Sequence record: NZ_CP040186.1
DNA: 64,000 bases
Source: a plasmid
Reading direction: 5' to 3' (one strand)
Of this stretch, positions 41,857-55,911 are shown one piece after another (position 1 is the first letter of the stretch; each line of letters starts with the position of its first letter). Both the position numbers and the translations under genes were made by a program. The notes beneath the pieces were generated by a model that had not been told where the DNA came from, did not search any database, and was given only the letters and a program-made list of their open reading frames with translations.

Positions 41857-42597
41857 TCAGCCGGCCGGGGGCAGGGAGCGAAGGATCTCCGCGGCATCTC
41901 GCCCATCACCGGTAAAGGGAACGGCCAGGGTGGCAGCCATGTCCAGCGCAAATACCCGGGTATAGACTTCCATCGAGCGCGGATCCTTATGCCCGGCCAG
42001 TGCCTGGATGACCTTCCTGGGCTGCCGGTGATAAAGCATGTGCATAATATAGCTGTGACGGAAAGTATGCGGCGTCACGGGGATCGAAAAATGCACGCCG
42101 TCAGCTTCAGCCCGCTTCACCGCCTGTTTCAGCCAGTTGCGCATTGTCTCATCCGTGACCGGCCATAACGGCTCACGCCGGCGGGGGCGGGTGGTGACCA
42201 TCCAGCTTTCCATCTGACGCACAAAACTGGCATCCGTCAGCGGTACCAGACGCACTTCATCTTTTGGCGGCCGGCCACGACGTGCCCGCACTTTTTCCGA
42301 CAGCACCCGAACAAAAGGGCGCAGACCATCCAGGTCGAACGATTCCGGGGTGAGCGTCCGGGCTTCACCGATACGGATCCCGGTATTCCACATGGTGGCG
42401 AACAACATGTGGTGACGCTGGTCAGGCATATACCAGAGGAGGGCGCTCACTTCCGGCGCCAGGAGGTAAGCCGGCGTGGCACCTGTTGAGGTGGCCATCC
42501 GCCGGAGTGCCACCGCGGTCGCAAAATCAACGCCCGGGGCGATCGGCAGCAGGGAGACGCGTTCTGGTGAATTCTGCAAGGGAATGATGCTGTTCAT
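41857..42597 (-). CDS. tyrosine site-specific recombinase (phage-integrase family), plasmid multimer resolution type
   Basis: C-terminal catalytic R...HxxR...Y arrangement ([18 protein letters not shown]). 246 aa. Sits next to the RepFIB replicon as in P307-type plasmids. Confidence 0.65.
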   Translation of the reverse strand: MNSIIPLQNSPERVSLLPIAPGVDFATAVALRRMATSTGATPAYLLAPEVSALLWYMPDQRHHMLFATMWNTGIRIGEARTLTPESFDLDGLRPFVRVLSEKVRARRGRPPKDEVRLVPLTDASFVRQMESWMVTTRPRRREPLWPVTDETMRNWLKQAVKRAEADGVHFSIPVTPHTFRHSYIMHMLYHRQPRKVIQALAGHKDPRSMEVYTRVFALDMAATLAVPFTGDGRDAAEILRSLPPAG

Positions 42598-42984
42598 GAG
42601 TTATTTTTCACGTAGCGCACGCACTGTTTATGGATACAGGTATTTTGCACCTGACGGGCCGATCCTGCCATGACAATAAATCGCAGCGCGCGGATCCTTT
42701 TGTTGTCTTATCCCGCATTATTGCGGGTAAAACCAAATACGTAAAGGATCCTTTTTCTGCTCAGATCCTCCATGAAGCCAGTAATGACGCGGGTTGATGG
42801 CTGTTTTACGGTTTTTGGGAGAATTGGGGTAATGCCAGGACAAACAGGATCGAACAAAAAAAGGAAGGGAGCAGGGAAGGGGAGGATGCGCTACGTGAAT
42901 TCTGACCTGGTACACCCCTGTAACCCTGTCAGTTTTCACGCAGCGCAATGTGGTTGCCGACTACTGCCCAGTTGAGATGACGGC

Positions 42985-43258
42985 CGGCATCCTGATGCTG
43001 ACTTAATATACGGATAATAATAATTTCAGTATCAGTCTGCAGAAAATAAAGCATATGTCATTCAACGGGTAGTGCCAATATGTATTCCCCCAGTTCAGGA
43101 CGGGGAGTACCGATATTATGAGCACTCCAAAACAAAAAAAAAGCGGAGAGCTGATTAATATATCTGTCGGCCCTCTCCTCACCGAAAATGGTGGTAGCCG
43201 TAATACCAGATATCCTCAAGATCCTGACTGGCTTTAGGTGTGAGTTTAACGTTTTTCA
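42985..43258 (-). pseudogene. parE: parE (ParE/RelE-family toxin) remnant with frameshifts
   Basis: Reverse translation from GTG at 43258 gives VKNVKLTPKASQDLEDIWYYGYHHF.., ParE-like. The frame breaks within about 25 codons. An A9 tract (43134..43142) and a second shift lie further on. No intact ORF is listed. Confidence 0.4.
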
Positions 43259-43518
43259 CCGGCAGGCTTTGTGCCTGCTTTAACTTTTTTCAGGAACGTG
43301 TCCTTTTCCCACACCACAGGCTCGCCGCTGCTCAGGCCTTCTGCCAGTAAATTCCGCAGGGTCTGGAGACGTGATTCTGCCTGTTTCTCGCGAAGGAGAC
43401 GAAGTGACTCGCGGATCACCTCACTCTGCGTACGATAATCACCTGATTCAATGAGATATTCTATGAAGTCACGGAGTTCGTGTCCGAGATCCACTGTTAT
43501 TGTTCTGGCGATATACAA
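43246..43518 (-). CDS. parD: ParD-family (COG3609, RHH) antitoxin
   Basis: 90 aa. ESGDYRTQSEVIRESLRLLREKQ is ParD-like. Overlaps the parE remnant start. Confidence 0.55.
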   Translation of the reverse strand: MYIARTITVDLGHELRDFIEYLIESGDYRTQSEVIRESLRLLREKQAESRLQTLRNLLAEGLSSGEPVVWEKDTFLKKVKAGTKPAGEKR

Positions 43519-43742
43519 GCCTCACGATTGTAAGTTTAAATCTTACAATCAGTTTGAATGATACTCAAAGGTGCGTCCAGTACTGAATATTTGGGATAAA
43601 TGGAGGAATGTCAGGATGTAAGTAACAGAAAAGAGGACGGCTCCTGCTGTCATCCGTCCATCTTCAAAGTAAAGTTTCTTAGTGTGTGTGGGAATAATCC
43701 TTGTTTCTGGCAAAAAATGTTATAAACCAAAAGATAATATAA

Positions 43743-45415
43743 TTAAGAACACTCAATATCTTCCTCATCATCGCGTTCATAGCGATTTCCAGTAATTATT
43801 CTTATATCTAGAGCTGAATGGAGCATCTTATGAATTTTCATCAGACTGGCACGTTTGATTTCATTTTTTGTTGTTGGTGTACTGTCTCTGAATGCCCATT
43901 TGTAAGGTGTCAGGCTACTAATCTTGAAACCTACAATTCCAACTGTATAAAGACAAAGCATTATTTCATTAATGACATCCTGTTCTCTTGATTCTCCTTC
44001 TAAAAATTTGTTTGCTGTAATAGCACATGGATCAGTAGTATTTTGAATGGATAATTCACTTAATACCGCGTCTATAGTGTTTTTTGACATAGATGTTCTA
44101 CTAAATTTATCAGGAAGATTTCTCAGTATTTCAATTGTTTCCTCAAAGGAAGGGTATATATCCCCCCATTCTTCTTTTAGAGATCTCAGGCGCTTTAAGG
44201 AATAGACTGCCTCCGCTTTATGAATTGAATCCCATGATATTCTTTCTCTGTTAAGTGCCACATTAAAACACTCATTCACGTATTGTAAAACGTCTCTTGG
44301 TCGAAATAATGTTCTTTCAATTATATATTCAATAGGGGTGATGCCTAAATGCCCCCCCTTTGCTTTTGGAAATATATCTTTAATAGTAACATCTTCTCGA
44401 GTATATTGTCTTTTGTATACCTCTCGCACTCGTTTTTGGACTAATTCGGTTAGTTGTTGAGAGGTCCATTTTATATCAAGTATATATGACTCATATTTTT
44501 CCTCCTGAAAACCAGAGCCTCTTGTAATATTAAATACTGATCGTAAAAGGTCCAGGCGTAAAGCAGCTATTATTTTGATATTTTTAATTTTACGAAACAC
44601 CTTAATCTCTTCAATTAGCGCTCTTATAAATTTATATCTTGTATCATTTTCCGCCCAGTTATCATCCAGTTGATCAATAATGATGTAATAGTTTTTTTGT
44701 GGGTCATCAAAAGAATATTCAGCAAGCAATGAAAGTATTTCATTAAGTTTTTGAATCTGTAACCTACTGACAACCTCATTTGCTCGTTTCTTAACATCAT
44801 GTATTTGTTCTTCGGTTAGTTTTTTTGCATATTCAGCACTAAGATTTACAGCACTGTATTCTGTGCCAATCGAAGCCTTAGTATCACGTTCCAGTTTGTA
44901 TGTTATTTCCCTAAGATGGGTGTCAGTATCTATCCAAAATTTATCTCCCCACTCCCTAAAATACTCAAGGGCTTTTCGTTTTATCTCATCTTTTTTAGCC
45001 TGCTAAGCAAGTTTGAGAAAAAGCTATTCGTATCAGATTCACTCTTAATGTCATGGCGTATTTTTAATAATTCCATAATTAAAATATGTCGCCATAATAC
45101 TTTATAAAACATATCAAGATTAACATTTAACTCTTCAAAAAATGAAATTATATCTGAATGCTCTAGAAAACCTATTGAAATATCATTAGGGTCAAGTTTT
45201 TTATATTTATGTGCTTTGTTTGCCACCATGTGCAACAAAGCACTTTTTCCTGCGCCTGTTCTTCCTATAACTATAGATGATGTATCAGATGGGTTTAATA
45301 GTTTAGAAAGATAACCACTATCAATAAAACAGTTTTCCAAGAGAAGTGTGTCTGATTCAGCGTCCAATTCGCCGATTTTAAAATTTTGCCTTATTATTAT
45401 AGGGTTTATGCTCAT
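43743..45415 (-). pseudogene. AT-rich P-loop NTPase (NACHT/STAND-like Walker A/B spacing), split into two ORFs by a frameshift/stop near 44730-44980
   Basis: ORF 44981..45415 carries Walker A GRTGAGKSALL. ORF 43743..44729 carries Walker B-like YYIIIDQLDDNW plus a long helical C-terminal region. The two are adjacent, same strand, different frames. Confidence 0.5.
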
Positions 45416-45639
45416 AATTTCCTCAACGCTATTAATTGGTTTTATTATTACATTATAATTGATTTTTGATAATTGTATTTAAATTGATAGAAATTGCGAT
45501 GGAGATCATAGAATAAAAGTATTGAGTGTTTCAATTTTTATTAATAGTTGCAACTATTAGGATAACTGCTTCTCGCTTGTTCTTTGTCGTCAATATTTTC
45601 AGCTCAATATCATCTCGAACGTTCATGCTTCAGTATGGC

Positions 45640-45780
45640 TTCTGCTATTCGTATTCAGAAACGTGCGTCTCTTCTTCAAGCGGCTCAAACCATTTTTCTT
45701 TAGCGACTTCATTGAACTTCTTACAAATGGTGTAAAGAGTTACGTTAGAAAGAGCATAGTTACGGGAAAACTGACGGGCA
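45640..45780 (-). mobile_element. short remnant of a recombinase/transposase HTH segment
   Basis: Reverse translation ...ARQFSRNYALSNVTLYTICKKFNE.. resembles a resolvase/transposase C-terminal HTH. No intact gene. Confidence 0.2.
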
Positions 45781-45979
45781 AAATTGGCACTCTTGGCCTA
45801 TCGCTCAGCGCCTGGTTAATGCGCGCACCAGTGTTCCAGAGCTTCGACAGCAGCATTTTGTGCTAAAGATCCGGGCCGTAGTAAGCTCACTTCCACCGCC
45901 AGCACGGCAGGGTAATCGATGACCACCGGCTACTGAGCAACCGAGACTGTCTGCAGTACGAGTATAATGATTCCAGTTA

Positions 45980-46789
45980 TCAGGATACATCTCTGTCTGT
46001 TGATATGTTCAGCGCTGAAGCAATGATTTCCCGGTTTTCCTCACTACGCCAGTTTCCGAAATAGTCCACCTCCTGGCACAGGGAACGGTGTGCTGCCTCT
46101 ATAAGGTCAGACACTCTCTGAAGAGCATTCTGTAGCTGCTGCGCTGATATACCTCTTGGCACATCATGCTCATCCACCCCGTTACGGTGCACAAGGTCGT
46201 TTCGCCAGTCTGCAATAATGTCCAGCGGCTTAACCGGCCAGACGGGCGGAGTATGCAGCACGGCGCTGAAATAGCGCTCAATGGTTTTAACGTTATGAAA
46301 CGTCATTCGGGAAACATAATTGCGTGCGGCGGGCCTGAACATATCAAGTTCCATCTCACGCAAAGACTGCTTTTTGTTTTTTTTGACGCGTTCTGAATTC
46401 AGGTAATATTCATCCCTGAAGCGTTTAAGAGGCCAGTCATGTTCCAGCAGAGCCCTGGCGCAGTACATCAGGTATGCTTCCATGACAGTCACTGCATGGA
46501 CGAAAGACATCCTGTACACCAGTTCTGGCTGCTCTCTGTCGAGCAGGGCATGTAGCTTCTGCAGCTCCTGTCTTGCGTGCCGGTGACGCTGATGAACATC
46601 GTTCAGGGAAACCACGAACAGTCCATGTTCATGATCCCACTGAGCCTGATCAGCAAGCGCCTCCTGCTCCCAGTAATACAGGTTCGCGGCCTCCTCCCAT
46701 GCTTCAGACTCAGGGACAATATCCGGGTAATTTTCCTCAAGCCATTCATTAAATCGTTCCGCTTCAATATCAATCATCATGTCTTTCAT
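45980..46789 (-). CDS. HEPN-motif protein (R-x4-H: RNDLVHRNG), Abi-like candidate effector
   Basis: 269 aa. Single Rx4HxxG motif near the C-terminal third, as in Abi/HEPN RNases. ATG lies 17 nt downstream of the partner gene's stop, with an AAGG RBS. Confidence 0.45.
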   Translation of the reverse strand: MKDMMIDIEAERFNEWLEENYPDIVPESEAWEEAANLYYWEQEALADQAQWDHEHGLFVVSLNDVHQRHRHARQELQKLHALLDREQPELVYRMSFVHAVTVMEAYLMYCARALLEHDWPLKRFRDEYYLNSERVKKNKKQSLREMELDMFRPAARNYVSRMTFHNVKTIERYFSAVLHTPPVWPVKPLDIIADWRNDLVHRNGVDEHDVPRGISAQQLQNALQRVSDLIEAAHRSLCQEVDYFGNWRSEENREIIASALNISTDRDVS

Positions 46790-46806
46790 ATGAGAAATCC
46801 CGCCTT

Positions 46807-47169
46807 CTATTTCTGTTGATCAGCTGCAGCTGCTTTTACGATGGCGTCTATTGCCTTTTCAACCGAAAACGGTCTCAGCTCACCGTTGCTCAGCTGGACC
46901 TTATAGCAGGGATGTGACACCCAGCGGCCATTCGTAAAACGAGGTTCATTCTGAACCGTAAAATGTTTAATCAGACGACCGTTCAGTTCCCAGCCCGGAC
47001 AACTGTCACAATAGAGGGTGAACAGTTCCTTCAGCTCTTCAAAATAGTCACCTTCTGAAATGATCCCGACAGCTTTCACGTCAGGTCGTTGATCCATGTA
47101 ATAGCCGCGGGCTTTCTGTTTTGATGCAAATTCCTTCTGACCAATCTTCACCGGTATTGAACGTCCCAT
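46807..47169 (-). CDS. small protein (120 aa) encoded upstream of the HEPN-motif gene; unknown family
   Basis: ATG at 47169 preceded by a perfect AAGGAG SD. No family recognised. Adjacent, same strand and tightly spaced with 45980..46789. Confidence 0.45.
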   Translation of the reverse strand: MGRSIPVKIGQKEFASKQKARGYYMDQRPDVKAVGIISEGDYFEELKELFTLYCDSCPGWELNGRLIKHFTVQNEPRFTNGRWVSHPCYKVQLSNGELRPFSVEKAIDAIVKAAAADQQK

Positions 47170-47593
47170 TCTGAACTCCTTTGTGTTTAGCTGACAAATA
47201 GTCACTCGCCACAACCAGTTTCACGACATTAACTCTTCTCATCATCATGAAGGATTATTTTCCAAGCCGTGATTATTTCTCACCTGATAACAAGCAGCCA
47301 TATAACCACGTAGTTAAATTACCGGGTCCCCGTTTTCACCTGATCCGACTTTCTATAATTTAACGGATTTCCGGAAGTGTACCACGCACACGAAATAACC
47401 ATATCGCCCTTTTATGGTGGTGAGCGGCCGGTCACGGGGCAGGGGAAGGACACAACATATAGCGTCACAGCCAGCTGAGAACACCGCTACATCTTGTGTT
47501 GCCGGGCCGCAGCGCGCCGGAGGCCGGAAAGCAGATCCGGGACTACCGCTAAACCGCAACGGCGAAAAAATGTGGTCCCGTGCGCAAAAGTGC

Positions 47594-47636
47594 GGTACAA
47601 ATGGCTGTACATTATGTAAAGCCAGATGACTGTACA
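47594..47636. promoter_or_regulatory. three TGTACA palindromic hexamers immediately upstream of the DinJ-like fusion gene (candidate operator)
   Basis: ggTACAaatggcTGTACAttatgtaaagccagatgacTGTACAaaaagg ends 15 nt before the start codon. RHH/DinJ-like proteins bind such repeats. Confidence 0.25.
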
Positions 47637-47649
47637 AAAAGGAAGGAGC

Positions 47650-48924
47650 ATGACCGGTTTTTTTGAACGTAAAAAGCGGGCCAAAAACGCCCAGCTGACC
47701 GTGCGTCTCGATGAGCAGCTGAAGAAACGCGCCGAACTGCGTCTGGAGGCAATGGGGATGACCGCCACGGAAGCGGTGGAGCAGCTTTACCGCTTCATCG
47801 CCGATCACGGCCGGATGCCCGTCACGGAGCGTATCGTCACATTTGACATCCAGTCACAGCGCGGCCGCGCCATCGCCCTCAATCCCGCCGACGCTGTGAC
47901 CGAAAACACCCGGCGGTTTCTGCAGTCGCTGGGAGCTGTGGAAGTGGTCTGCTGCGATCCCGCTGCATTTGAACAGGCGGTACTGGAGTACTTCAGCCTG
48001 TATGTGGCCGACCAGGCTGCCTGTTTACTGGCCGGTGTACTGAACGTCACGTTCATGGTTAATGCCGCCAGTCGCGTGAAAGATGACTGGCATGACAGGC
48101 TGCTGTCCCTGTTACAGCGCGACTTTGATTTCAGCGAAGAACAGTCAGTGACGTTCATTAACAGCATCGTGGACAGCGAACATGTCGAACCTGCCATCGT
48201 CAGTCGAAATAATACGGCCTGGCGGAGCGGAAAAAGCACCGGGTCCGGCGCCGGCGCTGAACAGGCCTTACTGGATAACACCAACGTCAGGGTCTTCTAT
48301 CCCTCCGGGGAAGCGCCCGTCTCCGGCAAGATCGGTGCCGCCGTCCTGCAGCGTTTCCTGACGTTCCTGGCGGAGCGGGGCGTCAGCTGCAGCGATCCGC
48401 AGAGACTGACCGAAAGCGCCGGCCGTGCATGGGGCGTGCGTGAAAATATGATCGGGAATATGCCCCCGGACATGCAGCAGGCCATAAACGATGGTGTCAT
48501 TTTTGAGGCCAGCGCTGACACGCCGGACTTTTCCCCTGAGCTGGCGGCGGCGTTTGGCTTCACACAGGTCCAGGCAGAAGCGGTGCTGAAACCCGCCCTG
48601 ACCGCCAGGGATCTCCCCGGTTTCCTGCAGCGCTTTCTGGCGTTCCTGGCCGACCGGGGTATCAGCTGCAGCAATCCCCGGCGGTTTACTGAAAAGGTCA
48701 CGGAATACGCCAGCCATGAGGGACCGCACCGGCTTATTGCAATGTTGATGTCGCGCATCAGGGATGAGGGGGTCAGTTTTGTCTTTCACAATGAATCCCC
48801 GGACGAACTGCCGCGCCTGGCCGCGTCACTGCCCGGCGAACTGGCCGATACCTTCGGGTTTACGGGATGGCAGGCAACAACAATACTGCGTCAAATCCAG
48901 CCGGCACGGCCGGGGCAGGATTAG
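47650..48924 (+). CDS. DinJ/RelB-like N-terminal domain fused to a long C-terminal region with two about 90-aa internal repeats
   Basis: MTGFFERKKRAKNAQLTVRLDEQLKKRAELRLEAMGMTATEAVEQLYRFIADHGRMPV aligns with DinJ (…ARIDEDLKNQAADVLAGMGLTISDLVRITL…). Repeats begin LQRFLTFLAERGVSCSDPQRLTE and LQRFLAFLADRGISCSNPRRFTE. No RelE/YafQ partner adjacent. Confidence 0.5.
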   Translation: MTGFFERKKRAKNAQLTVRLDEQLKKRAELRLEAMGMTATEAVEQLYRFIADHGRMPVTERIVTFDIQSQRGRAIALNPADAVTENTRRFLQSLGAVEVVCCDPAAFEQAVLEYFSLYVADQAACLLAGVLNVTFMVNAASRVKDDWHDRLLSLLQRDFDFSEEQSVTFINSIVDSEHVEPAIVSRNNTAWRSGKSTGSGAGAEQALLDNTNVRVFYPSGEAPVSGKIGAAVLQRFLTFLAERGVSCSDPQRLTESAGRAWGVRENMIGNMPPDMQQAINDGVIFEASADTPDFSPELAAAFGFTQVQAEAVLKPALTARDLPGFLQRFLAFLADRGISCSNPRRFTEKVTEYASHEGPHRLIAMLMSRIRDEGVSFVFHNESPDELPRLAASLPGELADTFGFTGWQATTILRQIQPARPGQD

Positions 48925-48941
48925 GGCCGGGAGCATACGCG

Positions 48942-49214
48942 ATGAAAACGACCTGTCATGCGGCCGGCATCACGGCGGCGCCGCTTTCCCCGCAGGAGTG
49001 GCGAGCGCTGCTCAGGGCGAAAGGCTGGAAGCAGAAGGAGCTGGCCCGCCGCTGGAATGTGTCAGAAACCTGGATCAGTAAGCTGGCCAATAACCCCGAT
49101 CGGGGCACGCACTGGAACGATGCCTGCCGGGGTCTGCCCGATATTCGTGCCCGGCGGCCCGGCGAACCGCGCGCGGCAGGCACAGACGCACCAGAGCCGG
49201 GAGGCCCTGAATGA
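48942..49214 (+). CDS. small HTH-like protein
   Basis: SPQEWRALLRAKGWKQKELARRWNVSETWISKLANN looks like an XRE-type HTH. Stop overlaps the next ATG (TGAATGA context). Confidence 0.4.
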   Translation: MKTTCHAAGITAAPLSPQEWRALLRAKGWKQKELARRWNVSETWISKLANNPDRGTHWNDACRGLPDIRARRPGEPRAAGTDAPEPGGPE

Positions 49215-49894
49215 ACAGACGTCTTCACCTCATCACCACCTGTACCCGGCGCAAGGCGGGCAGCGTGGAGGATACCGTTTTTCCGGGCGACACTTCCCTT
49301 GATGACGCCTTTGACGGCTGGTACAGGCTGATCGCCCAGGCTGCCCGCCGTCCTGGCAGGGTGCTGGAAACGGGAGAGCTTTACCGGGGCGCACACTGGC
49401 GGCGTGCCCGCGGTATCGCGGCGCGGTGGCCGGGCATCGAGCTGTGGGCCATGTCGGCCGGTCTGGGGCTGCGCCACCATACCGATCCGGCGGTCGCGTA
49501 TGAGGCAACGTTTCACGCCATGCCCTTCGCGCCGGCGACCGTCTGGGGCTCACTGACGGCACGGCCCCCGCTGGCGGGCCGCTGCGCCTCCCTGGCTGAG
49601 CTGATGCAACGCTGCCCGGACGAGCGCTTTGTGATCGCCGGTTCACCCGTGTATATCAGCGCGGCTGAGCAGGATATTCTGGCCGGCGTGCCGGCACTGC
49701 ATGATGCGGCCACTCAGCTGATTATCGTGACCTCACAGGGCTATCGTGGTCCGCTGCAGCCGTTTCTGAAAAGAAGCCGCGCGGACATGATGGCGCCCCT
49801 GAAATCGAACATGACGTGCCTGAATATTGCCTGCGCCGGCGCCCTGATTGACGCCATGATGCAGGCAGACGCCCGGCAGGCGGCGACCATTTAA
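49211..49894 (+). CDS. hypothetical protein (227 aa), translationally coupled to upstream HTH gene
   Basis: Long GC-rich ORF with consistent codon bias. No family recognised. Confidence 0.4.
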   Translation: MNRRLHLITTCTRRKAGSVEDTVFPGDTSLDDAFDGWYRLIAQAARRPGRVLETGELYRGAHWRRARGIAARWPGIELWAMSAGLGLRHHTDPAVAYEATFHAMPFAPATVWGSLTARPPLAGRCASLAELMQRCPDERFVIAGSPVYISAAEQDILAGVPALHDAATQLIIVTSQGYRGPLQPFLKRSRADMMAPLKSNMTCLNIACAGALIDAMMQADARQAATI

Positions 49895-49938
49895 TACAGA
49901 CAGAGACTGGCGCTACCGTCGCCAGAAGGGGGTTTTAC

Positions 49939-50157
49939 ATGTTCAGCATCATTTATCACGCCGGCGCAGCCGTCCTTTTCCTGGTCATGAGCCTGGCGGC
50001 CGGCGCCGGCCTCCTGCTTCATGGCCATGAATATACGACAGGTCATTTCTGGAACATGACGGGGCTGTGCATTGTGTCAACTCTCGTCTGGATCTGGGCT
50101 GTAGCTCAGGCAAAAGAAGCCTGGTACATTTCACGAAACATCAAAAAAGGACTCTGA
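49939..50157 (+). CDS. small membrane protein (2 TM)
   Basis: 72 aa with two hydrophobic helices. Confidence 0.3.
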   Translation: MFSIIYHAGAAVLFLVMSLAAGAGLLLHGHEYTTGHFWNMTGLCIVSTLVWIWAVAQAKEAWYISRNIKKGL

Positions 50158-50159
50158 CC

Positions 50160-50369
50160 ATGAAAGATGAAATTCGCCACGAAAAACCCGTTGAAGTGAA
50201 TATACAGCTGACACACAGAGAAGCGCAGGCTCTGGCGCAACTGGTTAAGCGTCTGGGATTCAGTGACTGCCGCGGCCTGGCGACGTCAGATATTGAGGCA
50301 TATCTGATGATGGATGGAATCAACCAGATCATGAAAGCACTGGCTGAAGAGGGCTATGCACCACGATAA
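50160..50369 (+). CDS. small hypothetical protein (about 70 aa)
   Basis: MKDEIRHEKPVEV... starts right after the previous stop. The listed ORF 50067..50369 probably over-extends upstream. Confidence 0.3.
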   Translation: MKDEIRHEKPVEVNIQLTHREAQALAQLVKRLGFSDCRGLATSDIEAYLMMDGINQIMKALAEEGYAPR

Positions 50370-50436
50370 GGGCCGGGACTATCTGGAATTAGCCGGAAAT
50401 ACGACCCTAGCACGCGGGCAGTAAGGAGTGGTTTTA

Positions 50437-50670
50437 ATGTTATACATGGCTTTATGCAGTTTTATGATGATCCTGGCGCTAAGTGAGATGTTCCGCACGA
50501 TGACGGCGATCGGCAATGGCAGTTTCGCCGGCAACCGCTTCATACCGCTCGCCTTAGTTCTGTTAACGCTGGCGCTGGCATCACCTTTCTTTGCCACATT
50601 TTATACGATGAGCCGTTCTGATTTCATGGCGACGACGGCCTGCTACATGGCTGCGTGTGGCAGGTCTTAA
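50437..50670 (+). CDS. small membrane protein (2 TM)
   Basis: Hydrophobic 78 aa. Last gene of the GC-rich island. Confidence 0.3.
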   Translation: MLYMALCSFMMILALSEMFRTMTAIGNGSFAGNRFIPLALVLLTLALASPFFATFYTMSRSDFMATTACYMAACGRS

Positions 50671-50799
50671 ACAACTGAACTGGGCTAGCGAAGGAGTGGG
50701 GGCAACAGCAGCTGCGCTGGTAGACTTATCCACAGTTGCTGGTAACAAAATCAGCAATCCGCCCTGGGTCAAATTTCAATCGGCAGGGTGGGTCAATTT

Positions 50800-51193
50800 T
50801 CCATCAGCGCCAACAAATGGTGGTTTCGTCGGGGATGCGCTCCAGGTTCAGCCCGGCAAACTGGCGCAGGATCGTGGTTTCGTACAGCGCTTCCTCCATC
50901 GCTGGATCGCTGTAGCCGAACCAGTTCTGCAGCAGATGCACACGCAGCATCGCCATCAACGGGTAGGCCGGACGGCCACCTTCACCCTTCGGATAATGTG
51001 GCTCGATCAAAGCAATCAAGCCCTTCCACGGCACCACCCGATCCATCTCGATCAGGAACAACTCCTTGCGGGTTTGCTTGCGCTTGCCAGCGTACTCGGC
51101 GTCGGCGAAGGTCATCTGCTTCATCGGGAAACTCGGTGGGTGGGGTCGCGGTATTTTGCCAAATCAGAAAGTCTTTTTCAGAGTTTCCCTAGG
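50800..51193 (-). mobile_element. IS5-family (Pseudomonas-type) element remnant, left copy, truncated
   Basis: Transposase N-terminus MKQMTFADAEYAGKRKQTRKELFLIEMDRVVPWKGLIALIEPHYPKGEGGRP... (50804..51124). Terminal sequence CTAGGGAAACTCTGAA at about 51180-51193. Same element, inverted, at 55912. Confidence 0.6.
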
Positions 51194-51231
51194 CTGACAA
51201 GCCAAGCGCTGGATCGCAACCATCCATCACC

Positions 51232-55637
<4,406 letters not shown>

Positions 55638-55911
55638 TTGATCACCTTTCGCAATATTGCTGGCCGCACAATTGCGGTTCGCGATGCAAAGGATAGAAAT
55701 TCCTTGTTACCGCACTGCTTCTAAAGGATGACATTTCGATGAATACTTCGAATCTGCCGTAGCGGGGCGGCAAGCGAAGCCGTGGAAGAACGGGCGCAAC
55801 GTAGCGTCTTTCTTCACGCGGGATACAGGAGGCTTTGATTGATACTGCTGCGGATTCGCTACAGTAACGTTGGGCCAGAACGTAATGCCATCCAAGCAAG
55901 AGAGCGCACAC

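Noticed and set aside
47594-47636. Considered a LexA (SOS) box in the TGTACA-containing region
   Set aside because: The spacing and flanks do not fit CTGT-N8-ACAG (CTGTACATTATGTAAA ends in TAAA, not ACAG). Kept only as a generic palindromic operator candidate.
47353-47808. 151-aa reverse-strand ORF upstream of and overlapping the DinJ-like fusion gene
   Set aside because: It is antisense to the promoter and 5' end of a + strand gene with strong domain support. The Arg/Pro/Gly-rich translation is typical of a GC-rich artefact.
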